Shown here in pieces: positions 9,060-19,276 of a DNA stretch of 64,000 nucleotides. A program made the translations under genes and the position numbers. The stretch is from NCBI GenBank assembly GCA_017695015.1, contig JADIMD010000023.1, positions 8,670 to 72,669 on the forward strand. The letters are read 5' to 3'. Origin of the DNA: Candidatus Cryptobacteroides faecigallinarum (GTDB taxonomy: Bacteria; Bacteroidota; Bacteroidia; Bacteroidales; UBA932). Within the stretch, counting starts at the first letter, position 1, and each line of letters starts with the position of its first letter. The notes below the pieces were generated by a model. It did no database searches and was not told where the DNA came from. It saw nothing but the letters and a program-made list of their open reading frames with translations.

Positions 9060-10658
9060 ATGATTGAACTTAAACCACTTGCTTCAGCCATTCTGGCCGC
9101 CCTCTTGCTCGCCGGATGCTCAAGCTATGAATTTGCTTCACTTTACGAAGACCTTCCGTTTGAAATGGAAAAAGTGACCAGGCCTTCGATCCCGCAGTAC
9201 GAGGTCAGCATCTCTGATTTCGGAGGCAAGGGGGACGGGATAACCCTCAACACGGAAGCTTTCGCGGACGCGGTAGCCCATCTCGAATCCAGAGGCGGAG
9301 GACATCTTGTCGTGCCGCAGGGAATATGGCTGACCGGTCCCATTACCCTGAAAGACAATATCGATCTTCATGTGGAGGAAGATGCTGTCCTGCTCTTTTC
9401 ATCTGACAGGGATCTTTATCCGATAGTGGAGACGGTATTCGAAGGTCTCGACACCAGAAGATGCATTGCTCCTATCAATGCTGTCGGGGCAAAGAACATT
9501 TCCGTGACGGGAGGTGGCACCATAGACGGCAACGGAGGCGCATGGAGACAGGTGAAACGCTCCAAAATGACTTCAGGTCAATGGAAAGAGCTCCTTGCAG
9601 GAGGAGGCTTCACCAACAGCAAGGGAGACATATGGTATCCGGATTCCTCCTCATACCGCGGCTCTGTCGTGAGCGACGCGTTCAATGTCCCTCAGGGAAT
9701 GGAAACCGAAGAGGACTGGGAGTCAGTCAAGACATATCTCCGTCCTGTGCTTCTGGAGTTCAGGGAATGCGAGAATGTTCTTCTGGAAGACTGCCTTTTC
9801 CAGAATTCTCCATGCTGGAATCTGCATCCTCTTATGTGCAGGAATGTGATTATCAAGAATATAACAGTCCGCAACCCGTGGTATTCCCAGAACGGGGACG
9901 GCATTGACATCGACTCGTGCGAGAATGTGATCCTTGTGGATTCCAATTTCGATGTGGGGGATGACGCAATCTGCATCAAATCAGGCAAGGACGAGGATGG
10001 CAGGCTCAGGGCAAGACCGTGCCTCAATCTGATAGTGGACAACTGTGTAGTTTTTCATGGCCATGGGGGATTTGTAGTCGGCAGCGAGATGTCGGGAGAT
10101 GTCAGGAACATATCCGTTACCGACTGCCGTTTCCTCGGTACTGATGTCGGACTGAGGTTCAAGAGCTGCAGGGGCAGAGGCGGAATCGTCGAGAATATCC
10201 ACATCAAGGATATTGTCATGAAGGACATTCCGACGGAGCCTCTTCTGTTTGATCTCCATTATGGAGGGAAATCCGCAGTGGAAGCGGCTGCAGAGGGGGA
10301 AACAGCCTATGACATAGAATATGTCCCGGCAGACGAGACCACTCCGGAATTCAGGTCGATCCATATCAGCGACATCGTCTGCAAAGGGGCGGCGAGGGCA
10401 ATGTATTTCAACGGCATCCCTGAAAAGCCGATTACGGACATCACTTTGGAGAATTGCCTGATAGTGTCTGACCGCGGCGCGGACCTCAGATATTCCTCAG
10501 GCGTGGAGATGAAAGATGTGTATGTCATTCAGGATGAGGGACCTGCATATAGTTTCGCCAACTGCGGAAGTGTGGCTCTTTCCGGATGTACAGGAGACGG
10601 CGGCAGGGAGGATTTCACTCTTTTCAGACACAATTCGGATGATGTCACTGTAGAATAG
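9060..10658 (+). CDS. GH28 polygalacturonase-family lipoprotein
   Basis: Lipobox LLAGC; NGDGID, GDD, GHGG, RFK motifs. Confidence 0.92.
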   Translation: MIELKPLASAILAALLLAGCSSYEFASLYEDLPFEMEKVTRPSIPQYEVSISDFGGKGDGITLNTEAFADAVAHLESRGGGHLVVPQGIWLTGPITLKDNIDLHVEEDAVLLFSSDRDLYPIVETVFEGLDTRRCIAPINAVGAKNISVTGGGTIDGNGGAWRQVKRSKMTSGQWKELLAGGGFTNSKGDIWYPDSSSYRGSVVSDAFNVPQGMETEEDWESVKTYLRPVLLEFRECENVLLEDCLFQNSPCWNLHPLMCRNVIIKNITVRNPWYSQNGDGIDIDSCENVILVDSNFDVGDDAICIKSGKDEDGRLRARPCLNLIVDNCVVFHGHGGFVVGSEMSGDVRNISVTDCRFLGTDVGLRFKSCRGRGGIVENIHIKDIVMKDIPTEPLLFDLHYGGKSAVEAAAEGETAYDIEYVPADETTPEFRSIHISDIVCKGAARAMYFNGIPEKPITDITLENCLIVSDRGADLRYSSGVEMKDVYVIQDEGPAYSFANCGSVALSGCTGDGGREDFTLFRHNSDDVTVE

Positions 10659-10666
10659 GAGGGCAT

Positions 10667-12379
10667 ATGAAAAGATTTTTGGCAGCAGTTATATTGTCGG
10701 TCATTTCATTGTCCGTTTTGCCTGCGACATTGGCCGGACAGACCTCTGAAAAGATTGTGCTGAGGCTCATGGGTGACTCTACAATGGCGGACAAGGACCT
10801 TTCCCGTCAGAATCCTGAAAGAGGCTGGGGGCAGAGGCTCCCGTCGCATCTGGACACCTGCGTCGCGGTGGTGAATTACGCACAGAACGGCAGAAGTACC
10901 AAAAGCTTCATAGACAGAGGACTGTGGGACAAGGTGAAGTCCGACCTCAAGGCAGGGGAGTACCTTTTCATCCAGTTCGGGCACAATGATTCCAAAAAAG
11001 ATGATCCGGAGCGTTATGCCCCGGCTTTCGGGCTCTATACCGACAACCTTGAGATGTTCGTGAGCCATGCCCTTGCAGTGGGGGCGAAACCGATAATCTT
11101 CTCCCCTGTTTCGAGGAGATGGTTCGACGATGAGGGCAATCTGAAACGGGACTGCCACGGGGACTACCCGGAGGCGGCTAAAAGGGTGGCGGAGAAATAC
11201 GGAGTCCCTTTCATCGATGCCAATACAATTACCCAGGAATGGCTTGTTTCGCTCGGAGATGAACCGTCCAGAAAATATTACATGTGGGTGGAGGAAGGGA
11301 CAAACCCTCGTCATCCTGACGGGCTTGAAGACAACACCCATACCAATGCCGCAGGGGCACGCAAGCTCGTGGAACTGCTTCTGCCACAGATCGTAGAGAC
11401 TATCCCGGAGCTTGCGGACCATGTGAGAGAATATGACATCGTGGTGGCGAAGGACGGCTCAGGGGACTTCTTCACGGTCCAGGAAGCGATAGATGCAGCC
11501 CCGTATTACAGCAAGGAGGTCACAACCATCCACATCAGACCCGGCGTATACACGGAAAAGGTCACAGTGCCTGCCAACAGGCAGAAAATATGGCTTTCTG
11601 GAGACGATGCCATGACGACTGTCATCAGCTGGGACGACTTTGCGTTAAGGCCTGACTTCCACGGCAATCCGATGGGGACATCCGCAACTTCCACCATGTT
11701 CATATACGGAGATGATTTCCTTGCGGAGAATATAACTTTTGAGAATGCTGCAGGAGAGGGGAAACAGATAGCACAGGCCTGCGCGGTGACAGTGGATGCC
11801 GACAGGGTCGCATTCCTGGGATGCAGGTTCATCGCCAACCAGGATACCATCTACACTTATGGCAAGGGGCAGCACCAGTATTTCGGTGACTGCTGGATAG
11901 AGGGGACTACCGATTTCATTTTTGGGGCATCTACCGCATGGTTCGAGGGATGCACCATCTACAGCAAGAAAGACAGCTATATCACCGCTGCTTCCACACC
12001 TGAGGGAGAGCCTTTCGGATATGTGTTCCATAACTGCAGGCTTGAAGCGGCTGACGGGGTTTCGGAGGTGTATCTCGGCCGTCCGTGGCGACCGTATGCC
12101 AAAACGGTTTTCATAGGATGCGACATGGGAAGCCATATCAGACCGGAAGGCTGGCACAACTGGAACAAGAAATATGCTGAGAAAACGGCATTTTATGCTG
12201 AATACGGCTCTGCAGGAGAGGGTGCGAGACAGGCGGACAGGGTAAAATGGAGCCGTCAGATCAAAAAGAAGGACCTGAAGCGCTATACTCCTGAAAATGT
12301 GCTTGATCCGGGAACAGAAATCGACAAGAACGGAGCTGCGGTGCAGACGCGATGGTTCTTCGCAGACATAATATTCTGA
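10667..12379 (+). CDS. CE12 acetylesterase + CE8 pectin methylesterase fusion
   Basis: GDST, GRSTKSF, QFGHND, DNTH (SGNH); VVAKDGSGDF, QDT, GTTDFIFG, YLGRPW (CE8). Confidence 0.92.
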   Translation: MKRFLAAVILSVISLSVLPATLAGQTSEKIVLRLMGDSTMADKDLSRQNPERGWGQRLPSHLDTCVAVVNYAQNGRSTKSFIDRGLWDKVKSDLKAGEYLFIQFGHNDSKKDDPERYAPAFGLYTDNLEMFVSHALAVGAKPIIFSPVSRRWFDDEGNLKRDCHGDYPEAAKRVAEKYGVPFIDANTITQEWLVSLGDEPSRKYYMWVEEGTNPRHPDGLEDNTHTNAAGARKLVELLLPQIVETIPELADHVREYDIVVAKDGSGDFFTVQEAIDAAPYYSKEVTTIHIRPGVYTEKVTVPANRQKIWLSGDDAMTTVISWDDFALRPDFHGNPMGTSATSTMFIYGDDFLAENITFENAAGEGKQIAQACAVTVDADRVAFLGCRFIANQDTIYTYGKGQHQYFGDCWIEGTTDFIFGASTAWFEGCTIYSKKDSYITAASTPEGEPFGYVFHNCRLEAADGVSEVYLGRPWRPYAKTVFIGCDMGSHIRPEGWHNWNKKYAEKTAFYAEYGSAGEGARQADRVKWSRQIKKKDLKRYTPENVLDPGTEIDKNGAAVQTRWFFADIIF

Positions 12380-12408
12380 GAAAATCAGTATATTTATAGT
12401 TTGTAGTT

Positions 12409-12439
12409 TGTCATCCTGAACGAAGTGAAGGATCTGGGA
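12409..12439 (+). repeat. REP-like copy upstream of HTCS
   Basis: tgtcatcctgaacgaagtgaaggatctggga, identical to 16757-16787. Confidence 0.9.
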
Positions 12440-12450
12440 CAACAAAAAAG

Positions 12451-15400
12451 ATGAAACTGATACGCCATATACTCCTCATTGCATCTCTGATGCTGCCATT
12501 GGTCGTCGCGAAAGCGCAGACGGCCAAGTTCGACTATGTATTCGAGCATTATTCCACCGACAACGGACTTCCGCACAACTCCATTGCGGAAATCCACCAG
12601 GATGCAAAAGGATATATCTGGGTCTGCACATGGTACGGTCTCAGCCGTTTCGACGGCAACAGCTTTGTCAACTACATAATGCTGCCGGGAGACTTCACCA
12701 ATCTGACACACAACAGGATGCTTTCCCTGGACGAGGATGTCCTCGGATATCTGTGGCTCAGGACATATGACTACAGGCTTTACCGCTTCGACCCCATGTC
12801 AGAGCAGTTCGTCGCAGTTCCAGATGAACTCGAAGGATTTTCCGGATCCAATCTCAAGGTGACCTGCTTCCATAGCGACCGTTCGGGGAATGCCTGGATT
12901 GCCATGCCGGGAGCGGGTTTCTTCAGGGTCTCTCCCGACCTCTCCGTGCAAAAGATCCCGACAGGAGTCCCCAACGCGATAGGTTCGGACATAAGGAAGA
13001 TATACGAGACTTCTGACGGAGGCATTTATGTAGTGTCTGAGTTAGGGCTTGCCCTGGTGGAGAACGACACTCCCGTGCTTCTGTCCAGGACATCCGATGT
13101 GAGGGCGTTCTGCGAGTTCGGAGACAGATTCTATTTCGCAGGCTCGGAAGAAGTTACTGTCATCGACAGGCAGTCGGGGCTTATGCCTAAGATAATTCTT
13201 GATACAGGAGTTGCAGGCAAGCTCGCTGACATGACGGTGACAGGCAGCGGTGATTCCAGGTCTCTTTTCATGGGATTCACCGACGGGGCGGTTGCAAGCC
13301 TCGACACTGCTTCCATGCAGCTTTCGGTCAGGAGGCACGACATTGGCAGGGTGAGGTATCTTTTCCCTGACAGCGGAGGGCTTCTGTGGATTGTGACGGA
13401 CCGCACTGGAATATACTCATACGACAGCGGCAGGGACAGATTCAGACATTATGAACATCCGCGCAATGTGATGTCGTACTATGCCGATTCTCTGGCAAGG
13501 GTGGTCGAGCACGACGGCATGACATGGATAAAGATGAACAACTACGGTTTCGGCTGGTACGACAGGGAGAACGACAGGATTGTCCCCCTGCAGAATGTCA
13601 AGAGCCAGCCTGACTGCAGATTCATGAACGGCGTGGCATGCTTCGAAGTGGACCGTTCGGGAGTGCTATGGATGTCGACCGCCCAGAGAGGCCTTGAAAG
13701 GGTGACCGTAATCACCCCGAGAGTAGAGATTGTAGCCCCTCCGACGAGGTCAGAGGACAGCATGGCCGCATCCGAGGTGCGTGCCCTCATGAGGGACAGC
13801 GAAGACTGCCTGTGGGTAGCCACCAAAAGCAGGGAACTGTTCAGATATTCTCCAGACCTGTCTTCATGCAGCAGGATAGCAGGAGATTTCGGGGTGATAT
13901 ACACCATTTTCGAGGATAAGGACTCCAACATCTGGCTTGGGACCAAAGGAGACGGTCTCGTGCGGCTGACACGCGAAGCCGGCGGCTATTCCGTCAGGAA
14001 ATTTCGCCACAATCCGGCAAGACTGTCGTCCCTGAGTTCCAATGATGTCTATTCCATAGAGCAGGACAATGAAGGCAAGCTGTGGATAGGCACATTTGGC
14101 GGAGGTGTTTCCATGCTGAGGAATCCCGACAGGGACGAATTCAGGAATATCTACAACGACTTCCCGGACTACCCTGTGGAATACGGGGAAAGAGTCCGTT
14201 ATCTGCATTGCATGGCTGACGGTAAAATGCTGGTGGCCACTGTCGGAGGGCTTCTGTGGTTCGACCCTTCGGACAATCCCGAGACCACTGTGTTCCATTC
14301 CACCAGGAAAATCCCCGGAGACATCCATTCCATCGGCAACAACGACATCATCTATATCTTTTCCGACAAGGACGGCAATACATATCTCTGCACATTCGGC
14401 GGAGGCATCAACAAGATTATTTTCGACAATGACGGCAACGCCCGTTTCGACATCATCAGCACATCCCAGGGACTGTCGAGCAACATAGTCCTGTCAGGCA
14501 TAGTGGACAAGGATTCGAACATATGGCTTGCAACCGAGAGAGGTCTGTCAAGGATAGACGGGGTGACAAGGTCTGTCACCAATTTCACCAGATATGACGG
14601 AATCACACCTGCCACATTCAGCGAAGCCACCTGCGCGGTTCTTGCGGACAGCACATTGGTGTTCGGAACGCTGAACAATGTCTACAGGATAGACCCTTCC
14701 GATTTCCGTTTCGCTCCACAGGACTGCAGGCTGGTGGTGTCCGGGGTGAGCGTCAACGGCAGACGGATTGCCGTGGCCGGCGGTAAAGCTGACATTCCGC
14801 ATGACTATTCATTCTTCAGGGTGGATTTCGCTTCCCTGAATTTCCGCAACAGGGGTCAGCTGAATTTCTCCTACAGGCTCGAAGGATATGACAAGGACTG
14901 GATTTCGGGCTCGATGAACAGGAGCGTGACATATTCGCGGATACCCCCGGGAAAATATACATTCACGGTGTCCGCCATTCCGTCTGAAGGGACATCCTCG
15001 CCAGAGACGGCAAGCGTAGACATCAGAATCCGTCATTCGGTATGGAATTCCGTCCCTGCTAAAATCCTGTATGTCATACTCCCTCTCCTTCTGATAGGCA
15101 TATTGCTCAGGATGTTCCTGATTTCAGCGAAACTGCACAATGAGATCAAGATGGAGCAGGACCTCAATGATGTGAAAGTCAGGTTCTTTACCAACATATC
15201 CCATGAGCTCAGGACTCCGCTTACCCTGATCCTCGGAGGAATCGACGAGATAAGCAAGAGCACTGCCAAGGGCGACCGCAACGAATACAGCGTCAACATG
15301 GTCTACAAGAACGCAAAGAGAATGATGACCCTTGTGAACCAGCTTCTGGACATCAGAAGGATAGTCAGCGGAAAGATAAGGCTGAAAGTCAGGCAGCTGG

Positions 15401-16767
15401 ATGTGGTGGATCTGGTCAAGAAGGTCTATGACGACTTCAAGGACATGGCTGCCGAGAGACAGATGGAGATGCTCCTTACCCATTCCGTGGACAGCCTGAT
15501 GATATGGGGGGATGCAATGCGTCTGGAAGCCCTCGTGTACAACCTGCTGTCCAATGCCTTCAAGTATACCTCCGACGGGGGCAGGATAGAAGTCGGCGTG
15601 TATTACAAGGATGGTGACAGCGAATTCACGATAATGGTGAAGGACAATGGAATAGGCGTGCCGAAAGAGAAGCAGCAATCCATATTCGAACCGTTCATAC
15701 AGGCTTCCGACGATGCGTTTAAAGGTATGAGCAGCAGCGGAATAGGTCTGTCGTTCTGCAAGGAGATAGCGGACATGCACAGAGGCAGGATATGGGTCGA
15801 GAGCGAGAAGAACAGCGGGTCTGAATTCTATGTCCGTCTTCCTGTGGACAGGGACCATTTCTCCGAAGAGACAGCGGAATTCATCGAAGTGAATATGGAG
15901 TCGGCATCTCAGGAGTCGTTCGGGCTGAGCAAATACAAGGTCGAGCCGACATACCCTGCAGGGGCTGTGAAAGTGCTTATAGTTGAGGACAATGCAGAGC
16001 TCAGGGTCTACATGTACAACAACCTTGTCAACAGGTTTGAGGTCAAGGATGCAGCCAACGGCAAGGAGGCCCTGTCCCTGATGTCCGAGTCATGGCAACC
16101 TGACATAATCGTGACTGACCTGATGATGCCGGAGATGGACGGGATAGAGCTTATCAACCACATAAGGAACGATTTCTCCACGAGCCATATCCCTGTGATA
16201 ATGTTCACTGCGAAGCATGAGTCGGACACCCACCTCAAGGCGATGAGATACGGGGCTGACGGCTATATGACCAAACCGTTCACTATGGAGCTTCTTGTGG
16301 CGAGAATCGACAACCTGCTCGACCGTCGCAGGCAGATAATATCTGACATGGCATCTCAGACTGAGTCCGGCAAGGGCGGCGGCACCAAGGTGAAGCTTTC
16401 TCCTGAAGAGGTGGTCATCACCGACAAGGACCAGGAGCTGATTGCCAAGGTGCAGAAATGGCTGGAAGACAATGTGGCTGACACGGAGATCACCGTGGAC
16501 CAGCTTGCAGCATATGTGGGGATGGGAAGGACATCCATGTATAACAAGATCAAAGGTCTGACGGGGAAATCTCCTGTGGAGCTCATCCAGGAATTCCGTC
16601 TGGAAAGGGCGACATACTACCTCAAGAGCGGACAATTCTCCGTGTCGGAGACTTCCTACAAGGTGGGCTTCTCGGATCCGGGATATTTCTCCCGTTCATT
16701 CAAGAAGCACTTCGGAGTCTCGCCGGCAGACTATATAAAGGAGCACAGGTCTGACCTGTCATCCTGA
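12451..16767 (+). CDS. Hybrid two-component system regulator
   Basis: Beta-propeller sensor, Y_Y_Y, TM, FFTNISHELRTPL kinase, receiver IVTDLMMP, AraC HTH GFSDPGYFSRSFKKHFG. Confidence 0.96.
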   Translation: MKLIRHILLIASLMLPLVVAKAQTAKFDYVFEHYSTDNGLPHNSIAEIHQDAKGYIWVCTWYGLSRFDGNSFVNYIMLPGDFTNLTHNRMLSLDEDVLGYLWLRTYDYRLYRFDPMSEQFVAVPDELEGFSGSNLKVTCFHSDRSGNAWIAMPGAGFFRVSPDLSVQKIPTGVPNAIGSDIRKIYETSDGGIYVVSELGLALVENDTPVLLSRTSDVRAFCEFGDRFYFAGSEEVTVIDRQSGLMPKIILDTGVAGKLADMTVTGSGDSRSLFMGFTDGAVASLDTASMQLSVRRHDIGRVRYLFPDSGGLLWIVTDRTGIYSYDSGRDRFRHYEHPRNVMSYYADSLARVVEHDGMTWIKMNNYGFGWYDRENDRIVPLQNVKSQPDCRFMNGVACFEVDRSGVLWMSTAQRGLERVTVITPRVEIVAPPTRSEDSMAASEVRALMRDSEDCLWVATKSRELFRYSPDLSSCSRIAGDFGVIYTIFEDKDSNIWLGTKGDGLVRLTREAGGYSVRKFRHNPARLSSLSSNDVYSIEQDNEGKLWIGTFGGGVSMLRNPDRDEFRNIYNDFPDYPVEYGERVRYLHCMADGKMLVATVGGLLWFDPSDNPETTVFHSTRKIPGDIHSIGNNDIIYIFSDKDGNTYLCTFGGGINKIIFDNDGNARFDIISTSQGLSSNIVLSGIVDKDSNIWLATERGLSRIDGVTRSVTNFTRYDGITPATFSEATCAVLADSTLVFGTLNNVYRIDPSDFRFAPQDCRLVVSGVSVNGRRIAVAGGKADIPHDYSFFRVDFASLNFRNRGQLNFSYRLEGYDKDWISGSMNRSVTYSRIPPGKYTFTVSAIPSEGTSSPETASVDIRIRHSVWNSVPAKILYVILPLLLIGILLRMFLISAKLHNEIKMEQDLNDVKVRFFTNISHELRTPLTLILGGIDEISKSTAKGDRNEYSVNMVYKNAKRMMTLVNQLLDIRRIVSGKIRLKVRQLDVVDLVKKVYDDFKDMAAERQMEMLLTHSVDSLMIWGDAMRLEALVYNLLSNAFKYTSDGGRIEVGVYYKDGDSEFTIMVKDNGIGVPKEKQQSIFEPFIQASDDAFKGMSSSGIGLSFCKEIADMHRGRIWVESEKNSGSEFYVRLPVDRDHFSEETAEFIEVNMESASQESFGLSKYKVEPTYPAGAVKVLIVEDNAELRVYMYNNLVNRFEVKDAANGKEALSLMSESWQPDIIVTDLMMPEMDGIELINHIRNDFSTSHIPVIMFTAKHESDTHLKAMRYGADGYMTKPFTMELLVARIDNLLDRRRQIISDMASQTESGKGGGTKVKLSPEEVVITDKDQELIAKVQKWLEDNVADTEITVDQLAAYVGMGRTSMYNKIKGLTGKSPVELIQEFRLERATYYLKSGQFSVSETSYKVGFSDPGYFSRSFKKHFGVSPADYIKEHRSDLSS

Positions 16768-16787
16768 ACGAAGTGAAGGATCTGGGA
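16757..16787 (+). repeat. REP-like copy overlapping the HTCS stop codon
   Basis: Identical 31 bp to 12409-12439; its TGA is the HTCS stop. Confidence 0.9.
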
Positions 16788-16817
16788 AAAAGGAAAAAAT
16801 AGAAAATAAAGTATATA

Positions 16818-19253
16818 ATGAAAAGACTTTTATTATTGACAACAGCCGTCCTGGCATTTGCCTCTGGAACCGCTTCCGCGGCGGCCGCTGTGAAAGAAGA
16901 CGCATCCTTCGTAAAGGATATCCGTCCATACTCGGTGAGGATGACGGTGAGCGAAATGCTGCGCAATCCGCAGGCGACATGGCTAGACGGGCGGCAGGGA
17001 AAACTCAAATGGAACTATACCACAGGCCTGGAACTCAAATCGTTCCTTGATGTGGCCCACAGATACGATCTCCCGTATGTGGTGGATTATGTCAAGGACT
17101 GGGCCGATACCATGGCTACGGACAAAGGCAAGGTCTACGGCTACAAGAAAGAGAACTACAACCTGGACCATATCTGCCCTGCAAGGATATATTTCGACCT
17201 GTATTTCATGACAGGCGACCAGAAATACCGCCGTGTGCTCAGGGAGATCCGCAAACAGCTCGATACCCAGCCGCGCACCGGAAGCGGAGAATTCTGGCAC
17301 AAGCAGATATACCCTCATCAGGTCTGGCTCGACGGCCTGTATATGGCCCTTCCGTTCTACACCCAGTATGCACGCCGTTTCGGGTCAAAAGAGGACAGGG
17401 ATTCCCTCTACAGGGACATCGTCCATCAGTTTGTCGAGGCAGCACGCAACACCCGTGACCCCGAGACTGGACTTTTCCGCCATGCCTGGGACGAATCCCG
17501 CTCGATGTTCTGGGCAGACCCGTCTACAGGTCAGTCCGACCATGCCTGGGGGCGTGCAGACGGCTGGTATGCAGCGGCCCTTGTGGATGTGCTGGATTAC
17601 CTGCCTGAAAAGAATCCCGGACACAAGGTTCTCGTGCAGCAGCTGGAATATCTGCTGACATCCGTGAAGAAATATTCAGATCCCGAGACAGGAATGTGGT
17701 ATCAGGTGCTCGACTGCCCGGGCAGGGAAGGCAACTATCTGGAGTCCACATGCTCGGCGATGTTCGTATATGCGATGCTCAAAGGTGTCAGAAAGCAGTA
17801 TCTCGGCCCTGAATGGAGAGAATATGCCCTGTCGCAGTACAACAGGCTGGTGGACACTTTCATCAGGGAGAATCCTGACGGCACCATATCCCTGACCTCA
17901 TGCTGCTCGGTAGGAGGTCTCGGAGGCAAGCAGAACAGAGCAGGGGATTACGCCTATTATCTCAGCGAGCCTGTCATCGACAATGACTGCAAGGGCGTAG
18001 GACCGTTTATCTGGGCTTCCCTCGAATACGAGGCGTTCAACAATATCGACTATGTGTATGACGGCCTTGCTGTCCGTGACGGAGTCCCGGTAAAGGAGAA
18101 GATCTCAAAAGAACCTGCTTTCAGCGGTGCAATGGGCGGAGGAATGTATTCCCGTGGCGGCAAAGGAGGCAAGGTCTACACTGTCACCTCTCTCGAAGAC
18201 AATGGGGATGAGGGCACATTGAGATGGGCTGTGGAGCAGGAAGGCGCAAGAATCATCGAATTCGCAGTTGCAGGAGACATCCATCTGAAGAAGACCCTGA
18301 AGATAGAGGACCCGTATATTTCCATCCTCGGGCAGACTGCTCCGGGAGAGGGCATAACCATAAGGGACCACGGTGTCTACATCAATACTGACCATGTGAT
18401 AATCAGATATCTGAGATTCCGGATGGGGTCTGCAGCCAAGGACGAGAACGACGCTCTCGGAGCAAGGCATTCCGACAATGTGATAATCGACCACTGCTCC
18501 ATCAGCTGGGCCACCGACGAAAACGCGTCATTCTATGCCAATAGCAATTCCACCGTCCAGTGGTGCATCATTTCCGAGGCTCTCAACAGTTCCGTTCACC
18601 ACAAGGGACAGCATGGCTACGGGGGAATATGGGGCGGCAGGAATGTCACTTTCCACCACAATCTCATAGCACACAACAACAGCCGCAACCCGAGGTTCGA
18701 CCACCCTTCCGTCTATGATGAAGACGACCTGCTGTTCAGACGCGGCACTGTCGAGTTCGTGAACAACATTGTCTACAACTGGGGCATGAAGGCCATCTAC
18801 GGAGGAGAGGAAGGCTGGTTCAATGTGACAGACAACCTGTTCAAGGCCGGTCCGGGCACCAAGAATTTAGATGGAAGATATATCGAGATTTCCACTTCCG
18901 AGGAGACATCCATGATTCCTGGCTCATTCTATATCAGCGGCAACTGGTATGACATCGTGCCTGTGCTGGAGGGCAATTACCTCGGCAAGAAGCCGGATTT
19001 CAAGAAAATGGCGCTCAACGAGGAACTTTACAGGACCGTCACTGCTTCAACCCCTTATCCATGCCGCGTGCCTGTGCAGCCAAAGCCGATAGAGAGCGAG
19101 TATAAAAAGGTGCTGAAAGATGCTGGGGCGTCGAAAAAGAGAGACAGCATCGACAAGAGGATTGTGAAAGAGTGCCAGAAGGGGACAGCGACATTCAGCG
19201 GTTCTGTCACAGGCATCCCTGGCATCATAGATTCCGAGTCCGATGTCCTTTGA
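16818..19253 (+). CDS. GH105 unsaturated glycosidase + PL1 pectate lyase fusion
   Basis: WNYTTG, YNLDHI, FWHKQIYPHQVWLDGLYM, WGRADGW (GH105); GGKGG, GQTAPG, IDHCSISW, RNPR (PL1). Confidence 0.9.
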   Translation: MKRLLLLTTAVLAFASGTASAAAAVKEDASFVKDIRPYSVRMTVSEMLRNPQATWLDGRQGKLKWNYTTGLELKSFLDVAHRYDLPYVVDYVKDWADTMATDKGKVYGYKKENYNLDHICPARIYFDLYFMTGDQKYRRVLREIRKQLDTQPRTGSGEFWHKQIYPHQVWLDGLYMALPFYTQYARRFGSKEDRDSLYRDIVHQFVEAARNTRDPETGLFRHAWDESRSMFWADPSTGQSDHAWGRADGWYAAALVDVLDYLPEKNPGHKVLVQQLEYLLTSVKKYSDPETGMWYQVLDCPGREGNYLESTCSAMFVYAMLKGVRKQYLGPEWREYALSQYNRLVDTFIRENPDGTISLTSCCSVGGLGGKQNRAGDYAYYLSEPVIDNDCKGVGPFIWASLEYEAFNNIDYVYDGLAVRDGVPVKEKISKEPAFSGAMGGGMYSRGGKGGKVYTVTSLEDNGDEGTLRWAVEQEGARIIEFAVAGDIHLKKTLKIEDPYISILGQTAPGEGITIRDHGVYINTDHVIIRYLRFRMGSAAKDENDALGARHSDNVIIDHCSISWATDENASFYANSNSTVQWCIISEALNSSVHHKGQHGYGGIWGGRNVTFHHNLIAHNNSRNPRFDHPSVYDEDDLLFRRGTVEFVNNIVYNWGMKAIYGGEEGWFNVTDNLFKAGPGTKNLDGRYIEISTSEETSMIPGSFYISGNWYDIVPVLEGNYLGKKPDFKKMALNEELYRTVTASTPYPCRVPVQPKPIESEYKKVLKDAGASKKRDSIDKRIVKECQKGTATFSGSVTGIPGIIDSESDVL

Positions 19254-19276
19254 TAAACCATTATAACACAAAATAA

